A DNA stretch of 64,000 nt from an uncultured Desulfatitalea sp. (GTDB taxonomy: Bacteria; Desulfobacterota; Desulfobacteria; Desulfobacterales; Desulfosarcinaceae). Shown here in pieces: positions 10,796-20,831 of this stretch (position 1 is its first letter; the number at the start of each line of letters is the position of its first letter). The DNA lies in NCBI GenBank assembly GCA_963668675.2, contig CAXXMB010000002.1, forward strand, positions 2,656,001 through 2,720,000, in the 5' to 3' direction. Below the pieces are notes generated by a model. That model saw only the letters and a list, made by a program, of their open reading frames with translations, had not been told where the DNA came from and ran no database searches. Made by a program: the position numbers and the translations under genes.

Positions 10796-12370
10796 ATGAA
10801 ACAGAGGACATTGATACTTTCTAGTTTGGCAGCTGCCATTTTGGCCCTGCTGCTCTTTAGTCCGTCGGCTTTTGCCAAATCTGCAAAACCCAATATTCTA
10901 GTGATATGGGGCGACGATGTCGGGCAATCGAATATCAGTGCCTATACCAAAGGGGTGATGGGATACCGGACGCCTAACATCGACCGTATCGCCAAAGAGG
11001 GTATTCTCTTTACAGATTACTATGGCGAGCAGAGCTGCACCGCCGGACGCTCCTCCTTCATCATGGGGCAAAGTGTTTACCGCACCGGTCTTTCCAAAGT
11101 CGGGTTGCCCGGCGCTGATTTAGGGCAGCGCGAGGAAGACCCCACCATTGCCGTTCTCCTGAAAGATCAGGGCTACGCCACCGGTCAATTCGGCAAAAAC
11201 CATCTGGGCGATAAAGACGAGCATCTGCCGACCAACCACGGTTTTGACGAATTTTTCGGTAATCTCTACCACCTCAATGCGGAAGAGGAGCCGGAAAATG
11301 AAGATTACCCCAAGGATCCCGAATTTCGGAAACGTTTCGGTCCCCGCGGTGTGATTAAATCGACGGCAGGCGGCAAAATTGTGGATACTGGCCCTTTGAC
11401 GAAAAAGCGCATGGAGACGATAGACGATTATACCGTTGCCGCCGCCATTGATTTCATTGAGCGCCAGACGAAAGCCGGAAAGCCCTGGTTCGTGTGGTGG
11501 AGCGGTACGCGGATGCATTTTCGGACCCATGTCAGCGCAGCAAAGCGAGCGCAGATCGCAAAGAAATATCCCAATGCCGATGAATACACTGCCGGCATGA
11601 TCGAGCACGACATGCACATCGGCCAGTTCCTTGCACTTCTGGATAAACTCAAGATCGCCGACAACACCATCGTGCACTACTCCACGGACAACGGCCCCCA
11701 TTACAACACTTGGCCCGATGCCGCCGCGACACCGTTCCGTGGCGAGAAGAACACCAACTGGGAAGGCGGCTGGCGCGTTCCCTGTGCCGTACGCTGGCCG
11801 GGAGTGGTCAAACCCGGATCGATCAGCAACGGCATTGTCCATCATATGGATTGGCTGCCCACTTTCGTGGCTGCCGCCGGCAAAAAGGACATTAAAGAAG
11901 ATCTGCTTGACGGATACACATCCCAGGCTCTTGGGAGAAACTATAAAATCCATCTGGATGGGTATGATGTCACCGCCCATCTCAAAGATCCGCAAAACAC
12001 ACCTAGCCCCCGCAAGGAGATCTTCTATTTCTCAGATGATGGCGATTTGACCGCCCTGCGGTACGATGATTGGAAACTGATCTTTATGGAGCAGCGTGTA
12101 GAAGCCACATTGCAGGCCTGGTCGGAACCGTTCGTGCCGCTTCGGATCCCCCTCATATTTAATCTGCGCCGCGATCCTTATGAACGCGCCCAGATCACCT
12201 CCAACACCTACTATGACTGGCTCATAGACCGCGCCTACCTGTTGGTACCGGCACAAGCCTATGTGGCCAAATTTCTCGAAACATTCAAGGAGTATCCGCC
12301 GCGCCAAAAGGCCGCCAGTTTTAGTTTGGACCAGGTCATGGAGAAACTAAAAGATGGGGGCGCACATTAG
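10796..12370 (+). CDS. Secreted arylsulfatase (formylglycine-dependent)
   Basis: Signal peptide (SAFA|K), KPNILVIWGDD, CTAGR (CxAxR) motif, GKNHLG, TDNG. Confidence 0.92.
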   Translation: MKQRTLILSSLAAAILALLLFSPSAFAKSAKPNILVIWGDDVGQSNISAYTKGVMGYRTPNIDRIAKEGILFTDYYGEQSCTAGRSSFIMGQSVYRTGLSKVGLPGADLGQREEDPTIAVLLKDQGYATGQFGKNHLGDKDEHLPTNHGFDEFFGNLYHLNAEEEPENEDYPKDPEFRKRFGPRGVIKSTAGGKIVDTGPLTKKRMETIDDYTVAAAIDFIERQTKAGKPWFVWWSGTRMHFRTHVSAAKRAQIAKKYPNADEYTAGMIEHDMHIGQFLALLDKLKIADNTIVHYSTDNGPHYNTWPDAAATPFRGEKNTNWEGGWRVPCAVRWPGVVKPGSISNGIVHHMDWLPTFVAAAGKKDIKEDLLDGYTSQALGRNYKIHLDGYDVTAHLKDPQNTPSPRKEIFYFSDDGDLTALRYDDWKLIFMEQRVEATLQAWSEPFVPLRIPLIFNLRRDPYERAQITSNTYYDWLIDRAYLLVPAQAYVAKFLETFKEYPPRQKAASFSLDQVMEKLKDGGAH

Positions 12371-12487
12371 TTCGACTTCCCGTTAATCAATATGTCCACC
12401 AGGACTGGCGCGCCTTCAATACGATACAAACACGACTTATAATCGTCTGTTGAACCGGCGCAATCCTCAATGAAAGGAAAGACAGTC

Positions 12488-14167
12488 ATGATCGTCCGAA
12501 AAGGCACTGTTTGCTTTATCGCAGCTCTGGTGGTTTTGGCATTGGCAGCGCCGGTTTCTGCAGCGTCTTCCACTCCCCGTCTGGTGCTGCAGATCACCGT
12601 GGATCAACTGCGCGGCGACATGCCCGGCCGCTATGCCGATCGTCTCACCAAAGGGGGCTTCCGCTACTTGATGGAAAAGGGCACCTGGTACACCGATGCC
12701 CACTATCAGCACGCCAACACTGAAACCGCCGTGGGGCACGCGACCCTGGCGACCGGCGCCGATCCTTCACGCCACGGTATCGTGGCCAATGACTGGATTG
12801 ATCAAGAAACCGGTGCTTTTGTCTACAATACCGAGGATGAACATCACCACATCATTGGCAAAAAACCCAAAGCCCATAACGGGGTCTCGCCCCGCAACCT
12901 GCTCGCCTCTACCATTTCCGACGAAATGGTGGTTCACACCGGCGGCCGGACCCGCGCTTTCAGTGTCTCGGTCAAGGATCGCGGGGCGATTCTGCCGGGC
13001 GGCCATGCCGGTAAAGCCTTCTGGTTTTCCAAAAGCAGCGGAGAGTTTGTGACCAGCACTTATTACTACGAAGACTATCCGGCATGGGTGAAAAAATGGA
13101 ACGCCGCCAAACCGGCCGATGCGTACAAAGGAAAATCATGGGAATTGCTGAACGATCGCGCCACTTACGTCCACGAAAAGATGGACGACCGGCCGTACGA
13201 AGCCGACCTGAAACCGCTGGGGCGCGTCTTTCCGCATTCATTGGGGGAAGATTCAAAATACTTTTACCTGCTGCTGACCCTGACACCCATTGGCGATATG
13301 CTCACCCTCGATTTTGCCAAAGCCCTGGTTGAAAACGAGAATCTGGGGCACAACGACACTGGCGCGCCGGACTACCTCCAGATCAGTTTTTCTTCGACCG
13401 ATTACATCGGGCACCTGTTCGGGCCGTCCAGCCTGGAGACCGAAGACAATATCCTGCGCCTGGACCGGAACCTGGCGGATCTTTTTCAATTCATCGATCA
13501 AAAAGTCGGGCTGAAGCATACCCTGATTGTGCTCAGCGGAGACCACGGCGCGCCCGAGGCACCGGAATATATGGCCTCCCTGGGGCTCTCCACCGGTCGG
13601 TTTGCTTTTGACTGGTTCAAGACCGAAGGGCCGCTGACCAAGGCCTTGAAGAAAAAATTCGGCCGGGCTGATATTGTGTCCAACCACAGCCACCCCTACC
13701 TCTACTTGAACCTGGAGGTCATTGCATCTGCCAAATTGAAGATAGCCGACGTGGAGCGTTTCGTGGCCGACGAATTGATGAAAATTCCAGGGATTGCTTA
13801 CGCCCAGACCCGCAGCGATATGCTGGCCGGCCGCATCACCGAGTCGCCGGTCCAGAACCAGATCCGCCGCAGCTTTCATCCGACGCGCTCGGGCAATATC
13901 CACATGGTGCCGCAGCAATACTGGTTTTTGCACTCCACCGAAGAGGCTGAAAAGATGGGGATTGGATCGATTGCTGCCATCCATGGCTCTCCCTGGGCCT
14001 ACGACACTTTTGTGCCGATCTTTTTTGCGGGCAATGGTGTGCCGGCCCAAATCATCGGTCGGCGGGTGGCCCCCACAGATATCGCTGCGACCATTACTGC
14101 TTATCTGGGCGTCAAACGCCCTTCAGGATCAGTGGGCACCGTGTTGACCGAGGTTGTTAAGCGGTGA
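12488..14167 (+). CDS. Secreted alkaline phosphatase superfamily protein (PafA/PhoK type)
   Basis: Signal peptide, ITVDQLRGD, TETAVGHA (Thr nucleophile), KDRGAI, DYIGHLFGP, SGDHG, HGSPW; alternative start 12470. Confidence 0.9.
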   Translation: MIVRKGTVCFIAALVVLALAAPVSAASSTPRLVLQITVDQLRGDMPGRYADRLTKGGFRYLMEKGTWYTDAHYQHANTETAVGHATLATGADPSRHGIVANDWIDQETGAFVYNTEDEHHHIIGKKPKAHNGVSPRNLLASTISDEMVVHTGGRTRAFSVSVKDRGAILPGGHAGKAFWFSKSSGEFVTSTYYYEDYPAWVKKWNAAKPADAYKGKSWELLNDRATYVHEKMDDRPYEADLKPLGRVFPHSLGEDSKYFYLLLTLTPIGDMLTLDFAKALVENENLGHNDTGAPDYLQISFSSTDYIGHLFGPSSLETEDNILRLDRNLADLFQFIDQKVGLKHTLIVLSGDHGAPEAPEYMASLGLSTGRFAFDWFKTEGPLTKALKKKFGRADIVSNHSHPYLYLNLEVIASAKLKIADVERFVADELMKIPGIAYAQTRSDMLAGRITESPVQNQIRRSFHPTRSGNIHMVPQQYWFLHSTEEAEKMGIGSIAAIHGSPWAYDTFVPIFFAGNGVPAQIIGRRVAPTDIAATITAYLGVKRPSGSVGTVLTEVVKR

Positions 14168-14224
14168 GATGCGGTTTGCTGGATTGGCAAGGCTCAAATT
14201 ACGCGATGTTTCTCCTAACACCTT

Positions 14225-14254
14225 AAAGCCCCCCTTTGGAAAAGGGGGGCTTTT
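14225..14254. terminator. Bidirectional intrinsic terminator
   Basis: AAAGCCCCCCTTT-GGA-AAAGGGGGGCTTTT between convergent genes. Confidence 0.8.
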
Positions 14255-14342
14255 CCGCTGAATCACCAACGCTTCGATGCAGGGCAATCCCACATGCATT
14301 CTGGCTGTTTGAGCGTTTCAGATAACCGTGCAAGACAATTGA

Positions 14343-16106
14343 TTACGGCCCGGTTTGCGCGGTGGCTGCCGGTGCGGTCTGTTTGGCGGTCATCCGGGCA
14401 ATCTTTTCCATCGGTTGGGTTTTTAAGGTTTTGGCTGGGCTGGATGCCAATAAGGCGGCAGCCTCGTTGTGCTCAAAAAAAGTGTCCGGTTCATAGGCCC
14501 ATCCCTGGGCCAGGCGGCGATCCTCTCTTTTCATCGTTTGATATAGATATCGACCGACAAACCCGGCGATGACGCGCGTGGTCCAGCCGAACTCTTGATA
14601 TAGCCCAGACAGTAGCCGGCTTAGTCTGTTCGCGATACGGTCGTCTCCTTTATACCATTTGCGCATGGCCCACACGGCACCGGCATAGGTGGTCCGCAAT
14701 GCCAGGGTGTTCTTTGCGAATCGGGCCCGGACACGTTTGTCAGGATGTTTTTTGTGGCGTTGCCAACCGGCCAGGGTGGTTCGGATCAAGCGGGCCAGGC
14801 TGGGGCCGTTGACCGCCATATCGCGATCGAAGGCGTCCAGTAGAAATTGGCCCTCCTGCCCATCCTTGATGTGGGGATGGTGATAGTTGAATCGATACTG
14901 CCCATGGACATCCTCCGGCGGCAGCTCGCTTTCCGGAATCAGTGTTCCTTGATCTTGGTGCTGGGCATACAGCGGGGTGCCATCAATCGGGGTATAGAGC
15001 ATAAATTGATGAAAGTCGGTATCGTGGGCGATGGCCTCATCGATCACTTGATGAATATTCTCCGGCGTGTGATGTTCCAGGCCGATAATGGACGATCCCA
15101 GCACCCGAATCCCATGGGATTGCAATGTCTTGACCAGTGTACGGGTATCCACGCCGTTGAGCTTGGCGTATTGGCTCTTCTTGCCCTCAAGGCCCATCCA
15201 GACCCAGGAGATGCCCAACCGTACCAGTTGTTCCATGCTATAGGACTTCAGCACACGGGCCGAACTGAAAACATACAACGACCAGTTTTTGCGATGCTGC
15301 TCCATCAACTCCAGCAGTCGCAGGGCGCGTTTGCGCTGCAACAGAAAATTCTCGTCGAGCACGAAAAAAGATCGGGTTTTAAGATCGGCGGCAATGCGGC
15401 TCATCACCTCAAACAGCTCATCCCCGGTTTCAAAAAAATTGACCGATTTGCCCTTACCGCCAAACATGGCCGAGGTTGAACAGAAATTACAACCCAAAGG
15501 GCAACCCACCGAAGGAATCAGAATGCCGGCCGTGCTGCCGGGCGAATCGGGTAGCGGTACACCGAGGGTGCGTGTCCCGAAACCCGATGGAACGGAAGGG
15601 TGCTGAATCGGGGCATTTTCATCCTGGCCGAGAAATCTTCGAAACCACCGCACGCCATCCCCTTTGACAACATGGTCGACATCAATCAGTTGATTCAGAT
15701 GGCGTTTGTTGGCGATATGGCCGCCAACGACGATCGTGGCCAGAGGCTGATATCGGCGCGCCAGGGCACACATCTCAATCACTTTGGCCGTATTGGGCAT
15801 GATACCGCTGATGCCGATAATGTCATATAAATCGTCCTGAATTTCTTGGATAAACCGCTCCCGGGTCGGAAAATCCAATACGCTGCAAGGCGCCTCGATA
15901 TTGGCCTGCATGAGCAACAAACCGAAGGAGCGGTGAAACATGCGCAGGGACATAGCACCCTGGGTGCGGGTGACCTGATTTTGATAAAGCTCCATGGGGT
16001 TGATCTTGCGGCTGCCGTATTCATCGTCCTCGGCATAAGGACCAAAGACGCTGCTGAGCAAAATTTTAGCCCGGGTTCCGAGCGGGTGTTTAGGGGGTGA
16101 TGTCAT
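14343..16106 (-). CDS. B12-binding-domain radical SAM protein
   Basis: N-terminal cobalamin-binding fold (IVVGGH..VVKGDG), GCPLGCNFC, DENF, GLE; AGGAG RBS before ATG 16106. Confidence 0.88.
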   Translation of the reverse strand: MTSPPKHPLGTRAKILLSSVFGPYAEDDEYGSRKINPMELYQNQVTRTQGAMSLRMFHRSFGLLLMQANIEAPCSVLDFPTRERFIQEIQDDLYDIIGISGIMPNTAKVIEMCALARRYQPLATIVVGGHIANKRHLNQLIDVDHVVKGDGVRWFRRFLGQDENAPIQHPSVPSGFGTRTLGVPLPDSPGSTAGILIPSVGCPLGCNFCSTSAMFGGKGKSVNFFETGDELFEVMSRIAADLKTRSFFVLDENFLLQRKRALRLLELMEQHRKNWSLYVFSSARVLKSYSMEQLVRLGISWVWMGLEGKKSQYAKLNGVDTRTLVKTLQSHGIRVLGSSIIGLEHHTPENIHQVIDEAIAHDTDFHQFMLYTPIDGTPLYAQHQDQGTLIPESELPPEDVHGQYRFNYHHPHIKDGQEGQFLLDAFDRDMAVNGPSLARLIRTTLAGWQRHKKHPDKRVRARFAKNTLALRTTYAGAVWAMRKWYKGDDRIANRLSRLLSGLYQEFGWTTRVIAGFVGRYLYQTMKREDRRLAQGWAYEPDTFFEHNEAAALLASSPAKTLKTQPMEKIARMTAKQTAPAATAQTGP

Positions 16107-16255
16107 TCGTAGGCTCCTTAGGTTTTTTTGATGCTCAAACACTTCGTCCCGACGCAGGACTTGAGCCTGAGAGGGGTGTTGAAAAAGCTTGTGGTTGAAA
16201 TCATCGGTCTAACTTAATAGATAGATAAGTAGAATGACAGTGCGCGGATAGGGTA

Positions 16256-16312
16256 TTACAAAAGTTTTACAAACCGTGCCATTACACGCCTGATATTGAA
16301 ATCGGTTTTCAA
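16256..16312. promoter_or_regulatory. Candidate regulator sites: TTACA direct repeat and TTGAAA-N5-TTTCAA palindrome
   Basis: TTACA at 16256 and 16267 (11-bp period); palindrome at 16296-16312 in a divergent intergenic region. Confidence 0.4.
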
Positions 16313-16313
16313 C

Positions 16314-16474
16314 ATTGATAGACTCATAAAAAGTCATTAACACGTCATGCCGGACTTGATCCGGCATCAAGAAGCCATTGAAAAAAATGGATAGCGCGAA
16401 AGCTTGACTGCGTGCCCGACTCTCGCCGGAATGACGGAAAAAGTACTTTTGGGACTTTCTACGAACACATCAAC
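16314..16474. repeat. MITE/REP-like palindromic repeat, family A copy 2
   Basis: TTGATAGACTCATAAAAAGTC..GTCATGCCGGACTTGATCCGGCATC..CGCCGGAATGAC..GACTTTCTACGAACACATCAA. Confidence 0.88.
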
Positions 16475-16523
16475 ATTCAAGGTGAAAACTGCGGCGTAAC
16501 ACAAACGTCAATGGGGCCGATTC

Positions 16524-17504
16524 ATGTATCGAAACGTTTGGTTCAAGCAGCCCATACTGATCTTCATCTTTTCCATTGTGGCGGTCACCACCTCGCTGGT
16601 GCTCTATATCTACTGGTACGTCGAAGTGAGTACCGGACTCAAAGCCGTCATCCGCAAGGCCAATATCGAACCGGGTCAGGCCTTGGCCTCCCAAACCTGG
16701 GTGGTCATTCTGGTGCTCTCCATTTTGGTCGCCATTATTATTTTGGGTTTGTTCATCATTTTTGTTTATAGTCAGAAGACATTTCAACTGCTGCGGCTGC
16801 AGCGCAATTTCATCAACAACTTTACCCATGAACTTAAGACGCCGGTCACGTCATTGAAACTCTACCTGCAAACCCTGGAAAAACATGAACTGGAACGCAA
16901 TGATCAGCGCAAGTATATCGGCTATATGATCCATGATGCCGATCGCCTGGCCAATCAGGTCAATCGGATTCTCAACCTGGCCCGCATTGAAAGCAAAACC
17001 TTTAAGGCCGAGTTCCTGCAGCGAAATCTCGTGGTGGTGGTGGAGCAGTTCTGCGACAAAAACAGACACGTTTTCGGCGACGATGCCATTCAGATTCACA
17101 ACCCATCCGACCGCCAGTTTTACTACGCCATAGACATCGCCCTGTTTGAGATGCTCCTGATGAACTTGATCACCAATGCTCTTAAATACAATGGTTCCGA
17201 AACGCCGCAGGTGGGTATCACATTCATCCCAAAAACGCGGCAGTTGCATATCTGCTTTAAAGACAATGGCATCGGCATTCCGCACCAGGAGTTAAAAAGA
17301 ATATTTCGCAAATTCTACCAGCTCGGCCAATCGGATAATATGACGGCCAAAGGCAGCGGGTTGGGGCTGTATCTGGCAGATATCATCGTCCGGATGCACA
17401 AAGGCCGGATTAAGGCCGAAAGTGACGGCATCGGACATGGGGCTGTCTTTACGGTCATGCTTCCCATCAAAGAGCGGCGCAATAATTTGGAAAGAGGCGC
17501 ATGA
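16524..17504 (+). CDS. Membrane sensor histidine kinase
   Basis: Two TMs, H-box THELKTP, N-box NLITNALKY, DNGIGI, GSGLGL. Confidence 0.93.
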   Translation: MYRNVWFKQPILIFIFSIVAVTTSLVLYIYWYVEVSTGLKAVIRKANIEPGQALASQTWVVILVLSILVAIIILGLFIIFVYSQKTFQLLRLQRNFINNFTHELKTPVTSLKLYLQTLEKHELERNDQRKYIGYMIHDADRLANQVNRILNLARIESKTFKAEFLQRNLVVVVEQFCDKNRHVFGDDAIQIHNPSDRQFYYAIDIALFEMLLMNLITNALKYNGSETPQVGITFIPKTRQLHICFKDNGIGIPHQELKRIFRKFYQLGQSDNMTAKGSGLGLYLADIIVRMHKGRIKAESDGIGHGAVFTVMLPIKERRNNLERGA

Positions 17505-18238
17505 ACGCCACTGAGAAGAAGCGTATATTGATCATCGAAGATGAACACCACATTGCCGAAGGGCTGGCCTTGAACCTTTCCCTGAAAGGCCATGCTGCAC
17601 GCATCGCCGCAAGCGGGGTCGAAGGATTGCAGAAGTGGAAAGAGTGGCAGCCGGACTTGATCGTATTGGATATCATGCTGCCCGGCATAGACGGTATGTC
17701 TGTACTTCGAAATATTCGCCTGGAAGATGAGCATCTGCCGGTACTCATTCTTTCGGCCAAGAGCGATGCGGCGGATAAAGTCAAAGGGTTCTCGTACGGC
17801 GTCGACGATTACCTGTCCAAACCGTTCCATCTGGAAGAGTTCCTGCTGCGGGTCGAACGACTGTTGTTCAGAGCCCCTCGCCCAAACGGCAGTCCGGCAT
17901 CCAAAAATGACGATCAAGATGCCACGCAGACCTATTGTTTCGGCGGCAACTGGATTAACTTCAGCACGGCAACAGCCTACGGCCAGCGGGGCAACATCGA
18001 TCTGACCGAACTGGAGGTCAAGCTGCTCAAGCTGTTTGTCACCTCCCGGGGCAAACCGGTTTCCCGCGGCCAGCTGCTGGAGATCGGTTGGGGCTACGAC
18101 CGCCGCACCCAGACCCGAACCGTTGACAACTTTATCGTGCGATTTCGCAAATACTTTGAACCGGACCCCAAACACCCCATCTATTTTCGCAGCATACGCT
18201 CTGTGGGATATCTGTTTGATCATGAGGAGGCAGTGTAG
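17501..18238 (+). CDS. OmpR/PhoB family response regulator
   Basis: REC domain (IIEDE, LDIMLP, KPF) plus winged HTH (RTVDNFIVRFRK..SIRSVGY); ATGA overlap with the kinase. Confidence 0.93.
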   Translation: MNATEKKRILIIEDEHHIAEGLALNLSLKGHAARIAASGVEGLQKWKEWQPDLIVLDIMLPGIDGMSVLRNIRLEDEHLPVLILSAKSDAADKVKGFSYGVDDYLSKPFHLEEFLLRVERLLFRAPRPNGSPASKNDDQDATQTYCFGGNWINFSTATAYGQRGNIDLTELEVKLLKLFVTSRGKPVSRGQLLEIGWGYDRRTQTRTVDNFIVRFRKYFEPDPKHPIYFRSIRSVGYLFDHEEAV

Positions 18239-18356
18239 ATGTGGTTTTGAGGTGAAAAAGATACCCACGAGTCTGGTTTTTCCCATGATGGGTATTTGAA
18301 TTGCACTGCCCGGGTATGCTAATCCTGCTCGACCCGCCGTATAAGGAGGGCTGCCG

Positions 18357-19199
18357 TTGAAACCGCCTCGCAAGCATCGCAACATCACACTGATACGACT
18401 GCTGTCGGATGCCTTCCAATTCATTCGTTGTCAATCGTGGGTCAGCAGCCGATTCGGCAAACCGTTCCAACCCAGCCGCAACTATGTCGAAATCGACATC
18501 ACCTACAATTGCAACTTGAAATGCATCAATTGCAACCGCTCCTGCACCCAGGCTCCCAGCAAGGCAGAGATGCCCGTCGAGACGGTCGAAGCCTTCATCA
18601 CCCAGAGCGTCGATCAGAAGGTCCCATGGAAACGGATCCGCATTCTGGGGGGCGAACCCACCCTTCACAGCAGGTTTTTCGATATCATCGACCGCTTGAT
18701 TGACTATCGTAGGAGCTATAACAAAACTGTCCGATTGGTTGTGGGCACTCATTTTCATGGCCGCCAAGTTCGCCGAGTACTGGAGCAGTTGCCTCCTTCC
18801 GTCGCCATCAAGAGTACGCTTAAAAATTCACGCGCTAACCTGTTTCGGCCCTTCAATATGGCCCCCATGGATACCCATTACAACCGGTTTTCCGATTACT
18901 CCTGCGGCTGCCGTATCATTGAAGATTGCGGACTAGGGTTGACGCCTTATGGGTATTACATGTGTGCCATTGCCGGCGGCATCGATCGGATTCTCGGTTA
19001 TCGCCTGGGTCGTCCGACCTTGCCGGATCCACACGCTGATTTTACCGACCAGATGATGGCCTTTTGCCCGCTGTGCGGTCATTTTGGCTTCCAGTGGCCC
19101 ACAAGGAAAATCAGGCAGTCTAAAACCTGGCAAAAGGCTTATGATGCTGCGGCGCAGCGGACGGAAAGTCAAAACTCCGGAGGGCGCCTAAGCAGATGA
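18357..19199 (+). CDS. Radical SAM protein with Cys-rich C-terminus
   Basis: CNLKCINC, GGEPTLH, later CGC..C..C..CPLC; TTG start after AAGGAGG. Confidence 0.85.
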   Translation: MKPPRKHRNITLIRLLSDAFQFIRCQSWVSSRFGKPFQPSRNYVEIDITYNCNLKCINCNRSCTQAPSKAEMPVETVEAFITQSVDQKVPWKRIRILGGEPTLHSRFFDIIDRLIDYRRSYNKTVRLVVGTHFHGRQVRRVLEQLPPSVAIKSTLKNSRANLFRPFNMAPMDTHYNRFSDYSCGCRIIEDCGLGLTPYGYYMCAIAGGIDRILGYRLGRPTLPDPHADFTDQMMAFCPLCGHFGFQWPTRKIRQSKTWQKAYDAAAQRTESQNSGGRLSR

Positions 19200-20428
19200 C
19201 GAAATTTCGAGTACTGCACGTACTGGGACAGCGTCCGGAAATGACCGGGAGCGGGATCTATCTTGAAGCCCTGATGCGGGAATCGCAAAAACAAGGAATC
19301 GTCTGTTACCGGGTCGCAGGTGTTCCTGAAGGCAGCCGGCACCCGTTGCCGGTGAACTCTTCAGTGGACGAGGATTTCGTTCTCTTTGAATCGGAGCCGC
19401 TCGATTTCCCGGTCGTTGGCATGTCCGATGTCATGCCCTATCGCAGTTCGCTGTTCAGCGAATTGAAGGGCCGGCGTTTGACGGCCTACAAGGCGGAATT
19501 CTCCAGTGTGCTGGATGCGGCGGTCAATCGTTTCAAGCCGAATATCATACACACCAACCACCTCTTCCTGCTGTCGGCCCTGGTCAGGAAACGGTTCCCA
19601 AATTTACCCATGGTTACTACCTGCCATGGAACCGATCTGCGGCAATACGAGCTGTGCCCGCATTTGAGACGATTTGTGCGGCGTCATTGCCGTTACATTG
19701 ACAAAATCATCGCCTTGAGTGCTGATCAGAAAAGGGATATCCAACAGGTGTATAACATTCCTGCAGATACCATTGCGGTTATCGGTGGAGGTTACGACGA
19801 TACCATTTTCAACCGAGGTCCGCGGCGCTTGGCCGGAACGATTCAATTGTTGTATGCCGGGAAACTGAATCGGAGCAAAGGCGTTCCCTGGTTGCTGCAA
19901 TCCCTCATGAAGATCACAGAACGGGATTGGCACCTGCATGTGGCGGGAGGCGGTAGTGGGCCGGAATACGACCTGTGCATCGACCTGGCCCGGCGACTTG
20001 GCGACAGGGTGACCCTGCACGGGCATGTCAGCCATCACCGGCTGGCCGAACTGATGAAACAAGCCCATATTCAGGTGCTACCCTCCTTTTTCGAAGGATT
20101 GCCTCTGGTGCTGTTCGAAGGGCTGGCCTCGGGATGCCGCGTCATCACTACCGAGTTGTCAGGATTCCGTCAAATATTTGGAAAAACCAGAGAAGACACG
20201 GTTTGCTTACTTCCCCTGCCGCCCCTCGAGACCATTGACCGACCATATCAAGAAGACGAAGCCCGGCTGATCGATGCCCTTTCTGAAAGCCTTCTCGGAA
20301 TGATCATGACCGCCAGCCGGTCTCCCGATGTCGACGATCCCGAGGCCGACAATATTGCAACCGATTATACCTGGTCGCGGGTATTTAAATGCACCCTGTC
20401 CGTTTATGAGGCGGCAGTGCTCAAGTGA
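19196..20428 (+). CDS. Glycosyltransferase family 4
   Basis: TGSGIY, CHGTD, YAGKL..KG, PSFFEGLPLVLFEGLASG; ATGA overlap with the radical SAM gene. Confidence 0.9.
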   Translation: MTKFRVLHVLGQRPEMTGSGIYLEALMRESQKQGIVCYRVAGVPEGSRHPLPVNSSVDEDFVLFESEPLDFPVVGMSDVMPYRSSLFSELKGRRLTAYKAEFSSVLDAAVNRFKPNIIHTNHLFLLSALVRKRFPNLPMVTTCHGTDLRQYELCPHLRRFVRRHCRYIDKIIALSADQKRDIQQVYNIPADTIAVIGGGYDDTIFNRGPRRLAGTIQLLYAGKLNRSKGVPWLLQSLMKITERDWHLHVAGGGSGPEYDLCIDLARRLGDRVTLHGHVSHHRLAELMKQAHIQVLPSFFEGLPLVLFEGLASGCRVITTELSGFRQIFGKTREDTVCLLPLPPLETIDRPYQEDEARLIDALSESLLGMIMTASRSPDVDDPEADNIATDYTWSRVFKCTLSVYEAAVLK

Positions 20429-20831
20429 ATCAGAAATAACGGTGATTCTTGCGAGTCATGCACCTAAGTACAATAGACAGCAGATACCAGATCGTAACCA
20501 AAGGGTTTCCAGGCCGTCACTACCCTGTAGGCACATCCTTAAAGATTGTCTAACATTTTGGTATTTTTTTGTAAACGCATCGATAACAGCCAGATCGGGT
20601 CGTTCCAAAACACCAATTATCAGACCAAACAGAAATAGGTCAATATCCGTTTATAACCCCAACATCGGCCTATTTGCAGGTAAAGGTGGATAATCACCAC
20701 TTGATCCTGATAAGTAAAATGCGATCCGAATGCTAACTTAAAAAGTGATACAAATACTAGGGCCGGTCACCAGAACGAGCCATGCGGGGTATCGCGCTGG
20801 CGTCCGGATAAAGAAAACAGGAGAGTAATTA

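Noticed and set aside
18357..19199. Radical SAM as anaerobic sulfatase maturase for the 10796 sulfatase
   Set aside because: Too short (280 aa), lacks the anSME-type SPASM Cys pattern, and is coupled to a glycosyltransferase instead.
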